DNA of 61,065 nucleotides, the filler included, from Chthonomonadaceae bacterium (GTDB lineage Bacteria; Armatimonadota; Chthonomonadetes; Chthonomonadales; Chthonomonadaceae), in NCBI GenBank assembly GCA_035650735.1. It is 3 parts of 3 records of this genome, joined end to end, with 100 filler letters (N's around TTAATTAATTAA, not from the genome) between each part and the next. Parts side by side here need not be neighbours in the genome. Positions count along the whole stretch, not along the records: positions 21,805 to 36,168 come from DASRGZ010000147.1; positions 36,269 to 61,065 come from DASRGZ010000148.1; 1 more part is not named here. One strand, written 5' to 3'. How positions within the stretch are numbered: the first letter of the stretch is position 1; the number at the start of each line of letters is the position of its first letter. The position numbers and the translations under genes are program-made. Shown here one piece after another: positions 29,455 through 37,387 of the stretch. The notes under the pieces were generated by a model. It did not search any database. It had not been told where the DNA came from and saw nothing but the letters and a program-made list of their open reading frames with translations.

Positions 29455-29534
29455 TAAGACCGCATTTTTGCGGAAAGAGGTTATTTCAGCCAGCCCCGCC
29501 ATAGCGCCAGGCAATTGACAAGCTGGAATAGAAA

Positions 29535-32234
29535 TTATACTGCTGCTTGCGCGGTTTCCTCCTCGCCCCGGTGTTCCTCCGCTTCGGCAGCCCATACGAG
29601 GGAGACCGGGGGGAAGTCGGCCACGCGCAGCAAGTAGTCACCACTCCCCTTGGGCACGCGGAACACGGCGGAGAGCGCAAAGGCCAACTGCCCCGTATCC
29701 GGATCGGGATATTGGGCGGTATGCAGGTTGTCGCCTTCGACCAGCACCTTGCCGCCCGGCACGCTCAGGGGCACGCCGACGGGCAGGAGCGGCTCCGCGA
29801 TCCCCGGATGGATCGCCTGCTCACCGAGAGTAAACAGGCGCGGCTCCAGACGCAGGTCACTCATCCGGAGGGTGAGCGGAGACGCGGGCCGGTGCGCGTC
29901 GCGGTGGTGCAGAGTCAACGTCACCTCCAGCAGCGCCGTCTGTTCCGCAGTGGGCCGCTCTTCCTCCGGCTTCGGCTGGCCCAGAAAGGTGGACGTTTCG
30001 GCGCTCACCACGCAAAGCTCCAGCGGGCCATCGGGAGCGGGAACCTTATCCCCGATGCGGTAGAGGGCGCGGTTCTCCCCGCCGTGGCGCACGTAGCGAT
30101 CCATCCAGTTCAGGCAGCGCCGCATCTCGTCCAGCCGGTGGTTAGGCTCGCGCAGGCCGTGTCCTTCGCGCGGGTAGTGGACGAACTGGGTGGTGATGCC
30201 CCGGTGGCGCAGCGCCTGGTAAAGCTCCTTCGAATTGCTGATGAAGGTGTTATTATCCTCATCGCCGTGAAGGATGAGCGTCGGCGTCTTGATGTTCTCG
30301 ATATAGGTGCCGGGCGAGAGGCGGCGATAGATCTCCGGGTCTTCCCAGTAGAAGGCGCCCAGGTACTCGTTGTCCCAGCGCGACAGCTCGGAGTTGCTGT
30401 AATCGGTCTGGAGATGAAAGATGCCGAACATGGAGACGGCAGCTTTGAAGCGGTCGGTGTGGCCGATGGCCCAGTTGGTCATGAAGCCGCCATAGGAGCC
30501 GCCCATGATGCCCAGGCGCTCGGGGTCGGCGAGGCCGCGCGCGATGGCCCAATCCACGCCCGCCATAATGTCATCAAAGTCGCCGCCGCCCAGGTCGCGG
30601 CGGTTGGCGATGGCGAAGGCGTTGCCGTAGCCCTCGCTGCCCCGGAAGTTGGGCCGCAGCACCGCGTAGCCCTCCGCCGACCAGACGGGCGGGAAGCTAT
30701 AGGCGAGCAGGGTATGGGTGGCGCGTCCCTTCGGCCCGCCGTGTACCTGCACGATGAGCGGGTAGCGCGTTCCCTCCTGGTAGTCCAGTGGATAGGTCAG
30801 CACGCCCTCGACCGGCGTGCCGTCGCCGCTCGTCCACCGCACCACCTCCTGCCGGGGCAAACGGTAGCTTTCGGCAAACTCGGCGTTGATCCGCGTCAAC
30901 TGGTGGATTTCGCCCTGCCCGTCCCGCAGGTAGACCTCCTCAAAGGCGGTCTCGGTCTCCTGCACGAACACAAGCGCGCCGCTCTCGGCATTCAGGTCCA
31001 GGCCATGACACTCCGCCGCCGGGCCGCCCACGTTCGTCCGGGTTGCGGCTCCCGCCTGGATTTGGTAGAGCGCGTCCCCGGTACGGACGGCAGCAAAGGC
31101 GTAGATGGCATCGTCCTGGGGCGACCAGATGTACTCATGCAGGTCGTGGTCGAAGGTCTCGTCGGTGAGCAGGCGGCAGGTGGTGATTCCCGGCGCCTGC
31201 GCGCCGTATGCGAGTTCGACGCCGCCAGGAGCGTCTCTGGGCACGCCCGCCACGAACAGGCACTCGCGGGAATAGGATAGGTTGGCATCGAGCCAGGAGA
31301 GGAACGCAATCTGATAGCCGTTGGGCGACCAACGGGGCCGATATTTGCCGCCGTGCCGCTCCACCAACTTGTAGGTGACGCCGCTCTCCAGGTGACGCAC
31401 GTAGAGGTCTACCTGGTGGTAGTCGTTCCACTCGCCGGTGTAGTTGGTGGCGTAGCAGAGGCGGCTGCCGTCGGGCGAGAGCGCGAGCTCCGAGAGGCCG
31501 TAGTCGCCGGTGAAGAGGAGCTTGGGCTTGCGCTCCTCCATATCCACGCGCCAGACCTGGCGGCGCAGGCGCTCCTCATGCTCGACCACGGGATCGTTCT
31601 TCTGGCGCAGGCGCTCCTTGCGGACGCTTTCGATGGGGCGGGCGCGCGGTTCCGGGGCCAGAAAGATCAGCGTTCGGCTGTCGGGCGTCCACTCGTAGTC
31701 CAGCACGCCCTCCGGCATGTTGGTCAGTCGGCGGGCCTCACCGCCGTCCATCGGCAGTATCCAGAGCTGGTCTTTGGGCTCTTCGTCCTCATCCTCCTCA
31801 GCGCCGGGCGGCGGCTCGCTCTCGTCGGGCCGCGCCGAGAGGAACGCGAGATACCGACCATCCGGTGACCATTTCGGGTGGGACTCGCCCTCATGCGAGA
31901 AGGTCAGCTGCCGGGTCAGATCCTCTTCATGGCCCTCCTCGCCCTCGGCGCCGCTTTCGGGCGCGCTGCCGTGCGTCTCCCCGGCCTGCGGCGCTATCGC
32001 GCCCGCCTCGTCCTCGCCCTCATCCGGAGGCATCCACTCCGTCAGCCAGAGGTGGCTGACCCAGCGGCTCTCGTGAAAGTCCGCCTCGGTCACGACAAAG
32101 GCAACACGCCGCCCGTCGGGATGGAGGCGCGGATCGCTCAGCCGCTTAACTTCCAGCATCGCCCGCGCCGTCAACCGCTGCTTCGGACGCGGCAGCACCG
32201 GAGGAATGGCCTGGTTTGTAGAAGATCGATCCAT
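29535..32234 (-). CDS. S9 family peptidase (prolyl oligopeptidase / acylaminoacyl peptidase)
   Basis: WSPDG propeller repeats; HGGP, GGSYGG, HGDED, EGHG catalytic triad motifs. Confidence 0.92.
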   Translation of the reverse strand: MDRSSTNQAIPPVLPRPKQRLTARAMLEVKRLSDPRLHPDGRRVAFVVTEADFHESRWVSHLWLTEWMPPDEGEDEAGAIAPQAGETHGSAPESGAEGEEGHEEDLTRQLTFSHEGESHPKWSPDGRYLAFLSARPDESEPPPGAEEDEDEEPKDQLWILPMDGGEARRLTNMPEGVLDYEWTPDSRTLIFLAPEPRARPIESVRKERLRQKNDPVVEHEERLRRQVWRVDMEERKPKLLFTGDYGLSELALSPDGSRLCYATNYTGEWNDYHQVDLYVRHLESGVTYKLVERHGGKYRPRWSPNGYQIAFLSWLDANLSYSRECLFVAGVPRDAPGGVELAYGAQAPGITTCRLLTDETFDHDLHEYIWSPQDDAIYAFAAVRTGDALYQIQAGAATRTNVGGPAAECHGLDLNAESGALVFVQETETAFEEVYLRDGQGEIHQLTRINAEFAESYRLPRQEVVRWTSGDGTPVEGVLTYPLDYQEGTRYPLIVQVHGGPKGRATHTLLAYSFPPVWSAEGYAVLRPNFRGSEGYGNAFAIANRRDLGGGDFDDIMAGVDWAIARGLADPERLGIMGGSYGGFMTNWAIGHTDRFKAAVSMFGIFHLQTDYSNSELSRWDNEYLGAFYWEDPEIYRRLSPGTYIENIKTPTLILHGDEDNNTFISNSKELYQALRHRGITTQFVHYPREGHGLREPNHRLDEMRRCLNWMDRYVRHGGENRALYRIGDKVPAPDGPLELCVVSAETSTFLGQPKPEEERPTAEQTALLEVTLTLHHRDAHRPASPLTLRMSDLRLEPRLFTLGEQAIHPGIAEPLLPVGVPLSVPGGKVLVEGDNLHTAQYPDPDTGQLAFALSAVFRVPKGSGDYLLRVADFPPVSLVWAAEAEEHRGEEETAQAAV

Positions 32235-32303
32235 GCTGCTATGCAATTGGGGGGTGGAAACCGACCCATCTAGGGTAGGAGCAGTCGCGTAAATCCTTCC
32301 TGC

Positions 32304-32551
32304 TCAAAATGCAAGATCAGCATCTATCTGCTCGTTATCGAGATCCACTGCGTACCCAAGATTCACCCTATGGCGTAAAAACCGTGCATCGGCTTGGGCA
32401 ATCTCCTCCGGGGTCGGCTCTGGCTGCTCTCTCTTAGGGAGGGGAATAACACGAAACCACCTATCGGCCCTCTCTGGCAGGCGAAGCTGCTCGGCAAGTT
32501 CTGCGCTGGTTCCTTCCAGGATCTCCTCTTCCAATACCTTAGTTTTGCCAT
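32304..32551 (-). pseudogene. Small antitoxin-like gene, probably frameshifted
   Basis: ATG at 32551 (MAKL) is out of frame with LEGTSAEL...VNLGYAVDLDNEQIDADLA; no toxin gene downstream. Confidence 0.45.
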
Positions 32552-32702
32552 CTTCTTCACCTACGGAACTCTACCAGATCCTGCGTCGCGCTCCATCTCC
32601 TGGGCGGTTCTGTCTGGCAATATCAGGAATTCGGGATAGATTTTAGAGATTCCTCCGGCGATGTAGTTAAGCGCCCCTCAACGGCTTCGGGCCTGGTTCT
32701 CT

Positions 32703-32831
32703 CTATCTGTCTGGAGTCTGACCTACTGTCAGGCTGGTAGTGGAGTGTCCTAGCCGCTCGCTCACGACCTTCAAGTGGATACCTTGCTTTAGGAATTGGG
32801 TGGCGTGACTGTGGCTCAGGTCGTGGAAGCG
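32703..32831 (-). pseudogene. Tyrosine integrase C-terminal remnant
   Basis: Manual translation RFHDLSHSHATQFLKQGIHLKVVSERLGHS; HxxR Arg replaced by Ser and catalytic Tyr absent. Confidence 0.8.
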
Positions 32832-32847
32832 CCCTTAACCCGAACTA

Positions 32848-32939
32848 AGAGCGTCTAACAGAACCGTACTCCCTCTGCCTTGCAGGGAGAGGGCCGGGGT
32901 GAGGGGAGAGCCTCATAGCCAAGTTGTGTTAGGGACTCT
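32848..32939. mobile_element. MITE-like element enclosing a family C palindrome
   Basis: Imperfect terminal inverted repeats agagcgtctaacagaac / gttgtgttagggactct (13/17 match). Confidence 0.45.
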
Positions 32940-32984
32940 AAAATTGTCCCTAAATAGTTTTAACTAAGTTTTCTTGGCGCGTCT

Positions 32985-33000
32985 TGGCATACATTATGCA
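32985..33000 (+). promoter_or_regulatory. Sigma54-type -24/-12 promoter
   Basis: TGGCATACATTATGCA, GG-N10-GC, upstream of the GH/GT2 gene. Confidence 0.5.
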
Positions 33001-33221
33001 ATATTGAGGAGTAGCGGGTATAATGCACACAACGCTGGAACCGCGTTATCAGGTTCTCCTCTTACCAACCGCCGTTTGCCTCCTCTTCAGCATCCTGGGG
33101 GCCGATAGAATCCAGCCATATGGTTGGTTGCAACAATCCTACTTTTTACCGGCCCGCTCCCTTTCGCATTGGCAGTATGTAAGCTACCAAGATGGGCGAA
33201 AAGCCCGGTAGCTTGCTTAAC

Positions 33222-33311
33222 CTGTTTTCCGCCCGCGCGAGGGTGAACCGAGGCGCTAGCTGCGTCGTTCGCTCTGCCTTGCGCGCTTCCTACCCGCGCG
33301 GGGGTGAACCG
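33222..33311 (+). CRISPR. Degenerate orphan CRISPR unit, type I-E-like (2 repeats, 1 spacer)
   Basis: 29-nt repeats ctgttttccgcccgcgcgagggtgaaccg and gcgcttcctacccgcgcgggggtgaaccg, 32-nt spacer, 61-bp period. Confidence 0.6.
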
Positions 33312-33382
33312 TAATCCAACCATATTAATGTGGAGGAGCCTGGCACACGAGTTATCGGAGTGCTGCCAGGATACGTAGCGAC

Positions 33383-35950
33383 ATGGTTGCCACAGATCAA
33401 CCTATCATCGCGGCAAGCTGTCAGGGGCGAGCGCGCACAGAGGGCAAGTTCTTTGCGCGCGGAAACGGCCGCTGGCTTATTCGCGGTGCGACCTACGGGC
33501 CGTTCGCGCCAAACCCTCAGGGGCATCCCTTCCCGACACCGGATCGTGTTTGCAGGGACTTCGCCCAGATGCGGGCGGCAGGGATTAATTCGATTCGTAC
33601 TTACTACTCGCCGCCCACATGGCTCCTGGAAACGGCGGAGGAGCAGAATATCGGCTTGCTGATAGATATTCCCTGGTCGAAACATCTCTGCTTTCTGGAG
33701 AGCGCCCAGGCCCGGCGCGAGGCGTATCAGGCCGTCCGCGAGGCGACCCGACGGGGTCGGCGCTATTCCTCCGTTCTGGCCTATAGCATTGGCAATGAGA
33801 TCCCGGCTAATATCGTCCGCTGGCATGGCGCGGCGCGCGTGGAGCGCTTTCTGGCCGAGCTGGCGGATGCGGCCCGACAGGAAGACCCGGACGGGCTGAT
33901 CACCTACGCCAACTACCCGCCTACGGAGTATCTGGACCTCTCTTTTGCCGACTTTGCCACCTTTAACGTCTACCTGCACGACCGAGAGGCGTTTCGCCGC
34001 TATCTGCTCCGCTTGCAAAATCTGGTCGGTGGTAAGCCTCTGGTGCTTGGCGAGATCGGTATGGATACGCTGCGGCACGGCGAGGCCGGGCAGGCCGCCT
34101 TTCTCTCCGGCCATCTGCAGGAAGCGTTCTTGCTGGGACTGGCCGGGGCCTTTGTCTTCTCCTGGACCGACGATTGGTTCACCGGCGGCTACCAAATCGA
34201 AGATTGGGCCTTCGGGATCACACGGGCAGACCGCTCGCCCAAAGAGAGCTACTTTGCGCTGCGTGGCGTGTTCACTTGCTCTCCTGCCGAAGCGCTGGCG
34301 GAGACTCCGCGCGTGTCGGTCGTCGTCTGCTCCTATAACGGCGCGCGTACCCTGGAACAGTGTCTTCATTCCTTGAGCCACCTGGATTACCCGGATTACG
34401 AGGTGATTCTGGTGGACGACGGCTCGACAGACAACACGGCCCAGATCGCAGCGCGCTTCCCGCACGTCCGCTATATCTACCAGGAAAATCAAGGTTTGAG
34501 CGTCGCGCGCAACACCGGGTTACGCGCGGCCACGGGGGAGGTTGTGGCCTACACCGACTCCGACTGCTTTGCCGACCCCGCCTGGCTGACGCACCTGGTC
34601 TATCCGCTGCAGCAGAGCGGCGCCGCGGCGGTCGGCGGGCCCAACCTGACGCCGGAGGATGGCTGGCTTGCGGCCTGTGTCGCCGCCTCGCCGGGACAAC
34701 CCACCCATGTCCTCCTTAATGATCAGGTGGCCGAGCATATTCCTGGGTGCAATATGGCCTTTCGCCGTAAGGCCCTGGAGGCTATCAACGGCTTCAACCC
34801 GCAGTACCGCAAAGCGGGCGATGATGTGGATGTCTGCTGGCGGCTGCAGCAAGCGGGAATGTGGATCACCTTCGCACCGGGCGCGTTCGTCTGGCACCAT
34901 CGCCGCCAGACGCCGCGCACCTACCTGAAGCAGCAGGCCGGATACGGCGAGGCGGAAGCGCTCCTCTGGTTTGAGCATCCCGATAGATTCAATGGCCGGG
35001 GCGAGAGCAAATGGCAGGGAACCCTCTATGGGGGTGCCGAGCCCGGTTTGCAGCTCGGCGGCCCGGTCATTTATCGCGGTACATTCGGCGAGGGACTGTT
35101 TCAAACCCTCTATCAGCCCCCTGCCGCGCACTGGACTCTGCTGCCGGGCACGCTGGAGTGGCATGTGATCGCCCTCCTGCTGTGCATGCTCTGGGGGATA
35201 GGGTCTGCCGCCAGCATCCTCGCTCCGGCCATGCTTGGCCTGTCGTTTACTGTTGCCGCTCTCCGCGCAGCGCAGGCCCCCATTGATCCCAAATACAAAA
35301 GCATCAAGTCGCGGCTGGTCGTCGCCGGGCTATGCTACCTACAGCCTCTGGTGCGCTCCTGGTGGCGTTACCGGACGCGACTGTTCCCGCCGCTGCCCAC
35401 CCACGAGCCGAAGCTGCAAAACGCGCCTTTGCGGCTGCCGCTTACGGGCGTTCGCATTATGGAGTTCTGGGATGAATCGTGGCGTGACCGCACCGAGCTG
35501 CTGGGAAGTATCGTCGGCTACCTGACCAACCATCGCTGGGCGGCCCGGGTGGACTCGGGCTGGAATGACTGGGATCTGGAAATCCACTGCCATCCCTGGA
35601 CCGTCCTGCAGGTCTGTACGGCGCAGGAGAATCATGGCAGCGGCAAGCGCCTGATTCGCGTACGATATCGTCTGCGGCCAAGCGAATATGCCCGCGCGAT
35701 TGCTGCGCTCGGCCTGGCGGCGACGGCCCTGGCCTTCCACGGGCAGACGCTCTTCCTGGCCGTGATCGCCGCCTTGCTCGCCGTGCTCTACGCCTGCCTG
35801 TGGTGGCGTGGTCGCCGGCTGGCCTCGCAGGCGATGGAGGCTATCCAGGCGCTGGCGAGTGACATGGGGCTCCTGCGCTGTGATAGCCCTTTACGCTGGA
35901 AGGGAAGCGCGCGTTCACGATCTGAGGCGCGGTCAGGGCAGTTCCGATAG
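33383..35950 (+). CDS. Glycoside hydrolase TIM-barrel / GT2 glycosyltransferase fusion with TM helices
   Basis: N-terminal GINSIRTY, IGNEIP, LGEIG; SVVVCSYNG, VDDGSTD, YTDSD, GDDVD (GT2); C-terminal TM segments. Confidence 0.88.
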   Translation: MVATDQPIIAASCQGRARTEGKFFARGNGRWLIRGATYGPFAPNPQGHPFPTPDRVCRDFAQMRAAGINSIRTYYSPPTWLLETAEEQNIGLLIDIPWSKHLCFLESAQARREAYQAVREATRRGRRYSSVLAYSIGNEIPANIVRWHGAARVERFLAELADAARQEDPDGLITYANYPPTEYLDLSFADFATFNVYLHDREAFRRYLLRLQNLVGGKPLVLGEIGMDTLRHGEAGQAAFLSGHLQEAFLLGLAGAFVFSWTDDWFTGGYQIEDWAFGITRADRSPKESYFALRGVFTCSPAEALAETPRVSVVVCSYNGARTLEQCLHSLSHLDYPDYEVILVDDGSTDNTAQIAARFPHVRYIYQENQGLSVARNTGLRAATGEVVAYTDSDCFADPAWLTHLVYPLQQSGAAAVGGPNLTPEDGWLAACVAASPGQPTHVLLNDQVAEHIPGCNMAFRRKALEAINGFNPQYRKAGDDVDVCWRLQQAGMWITFAPGAFVWHHRRQTPRTYLKQQAGYGEAEALLWFEHPDRFNGRGESKWQGTLYGGAEPGLQLGGPVIYRGTFGEGLFQTLYQPPAAHWTLLPGTLEWHVIALLLCMLWGIGSAASILAPAMLGLSFTVAALRAAQAPIDPKYKSIKSRLVVAGLCYLQPLVRSWWRYRTRLFPPLPTHEPKLQNAPLRLPLTGVRIMEFWDESWRDRTELLGSIVGYLTNHRWAARVDSGWNDWDLEIHCHPWTVLQVCTAQENHGSGKRLIRVRYRLRPSEYARAIAALGLAATALAFHGQTLFLAVIAALLAVLYACLWWRGRRLASQAMEAIQALASDMGLLRCDSPLRWKGSARSRSEARSGQFR

Positions 35951-35969
35951 ATACTGAATGTCCTTTGCA

Positions 35970-36168
35970 TTTCTCTTTCGGTCCTGCCTGGCTTTGCCGG
36001 CAGGCTGAACCCTGCCGCTGTGGGGCGCTGCCAGGGTCGGGCCTGCAATGGACTGCCAGGGTCGGCAGGGTTACGGCCCCTGCCTCCGCCTTGCGACATC
36101 AACATCAAGGTGGAAGGGTTGCGAATACTGGCCGTCGGCAGGGTTAGGGCCCCTGCCTCCGCCTTGCC
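35970..36168. repeat. Composite REP-like cluster at contig end (families A, B)
   Basis: Reverse copy of 16581-16630; ctgccagggtcgg twice; gtcggcagggtta.ggcccctgcctccgccttgc twice. Confidence 0.8.
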
Positions 36169-36268
36169 NNNNNNNNNNNNNNNNNNNNNNNNNNNNNNNN
36201 NNNNNNNNNNNNTTAATTAATTAANNNNNNNNNNNNNNNNNNNNNNNNNNNNNNNNNNNNNNNNNNNN
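36169..36268. other. Artificial contig linker
   Basis: N44-TTAATTAATTAA-N44. Confidence 0.98.
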
Positions 36269-36994
36269 GAATTCGGCCAGGAACGCGCACATCGGGATTC
36301 GTTCCGGTTCGCCGGCCTCTAGCGCGCCGCCGCGCTCCTGCCGCTCGGCCTCATTGCGGCGCGGTTCCCGAATGAAGGTGTGCAGGACAAATCCCAGGAC
36401 GATTCCGGCGATGGCCAGCGCCAGGAAAGGCGATTGCCAGCCGTACTTCTGCCCCATCCATCCCGCCAGCGCGCCTCCGCCGATGGTCCCGGCATAGACG
36501 CTCGTCGTGTGCAGCCCAATAGCGCGGGAGCGTGTTGCGGGAGTGTGGTAGTCGCTGATGAGCGCCATCGAGGCCGGCATGTAAAAGGTTTCTCCCAGCC
36601 CTTCCGCCCCGCGCACCAGCACAAATTGCCACACCTTTGTGCAGTGCGCGGTCAGCCCTGTGATGAGGCTCCAGACGTACAGCCCGCCCAGGATGACCCA
36701 TTTGCGTGGGTACCGGTCGCCGACCTGACCCGCCAGCGGCGCGGCCGCCGCATAGACCCAGGTAAACATGGCCCCGATCAGGCCAAGTTCGGACTTCGTG
36801 AAATGGTACTTCTTTTCCAGCACCGGAAAGACGGAGAAGATCGCCAGCCGGTCGGCATAGTTAAAGAAGCAGATGAACCAGAGCATCCCCACCACAGCCC
36901 ACCGATAGGTTGAGGCGTTGGGGGAGCGAGGTCGCGCATTGGTCGTTGGGGAGGGTTCCTGTCCCCTAGGGGCTGGCGTGTCGGTGGAGTTCAT
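36269..36994 (-). CDS. MFS transporter (ACS-like), truncated at contig edge
   Basis: YRWAVV..FNYADR, GQVGDRYPRK, RGAEGLGE, ISDYH...RSRA. Confidence 0.9.
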
Positions 36995-37387
36995 CGGCGG
37001 AGGTTGACCTTCAGAAGCCAGGCTGCACAGAAAGCGAGCGACGAGCAAGATAGCAACTGGGGTTATTATACTGCCGGTATGGTAGATTTACCATCGGTAA
37101 GTGTGGTTTTGAGCCAAGATGTGGGAGTATTTTTTACAGTTTTCGTCTCCTCATGGTCGTCCGGCAGGACAGGGCGAGCAGGCTAGCGAATTGAAGATTA
37201 AGCATCTACCGCTTTTCGGATGTGTGCCTCTTGGCGCCGGGCGGGGATTGGTGAATAGGAGTAGCCAGGATAAGCAGTACAAAGATGATGCCGTAGAATC
37301 CAGATTAGCTAACTCGGTTCTCTGAGGCAGAAGGCCGTTAGCGACCTTAAGGATGCCAGGAAAACTGGGGTGAAAGGAAGCAGACCG

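Noticed and set aside
33023..33211. 62-aa ORF after the sigma54-like site
   Set aside because: No recognisable homology and atypical codon usage; cannot be supported from sequence alone
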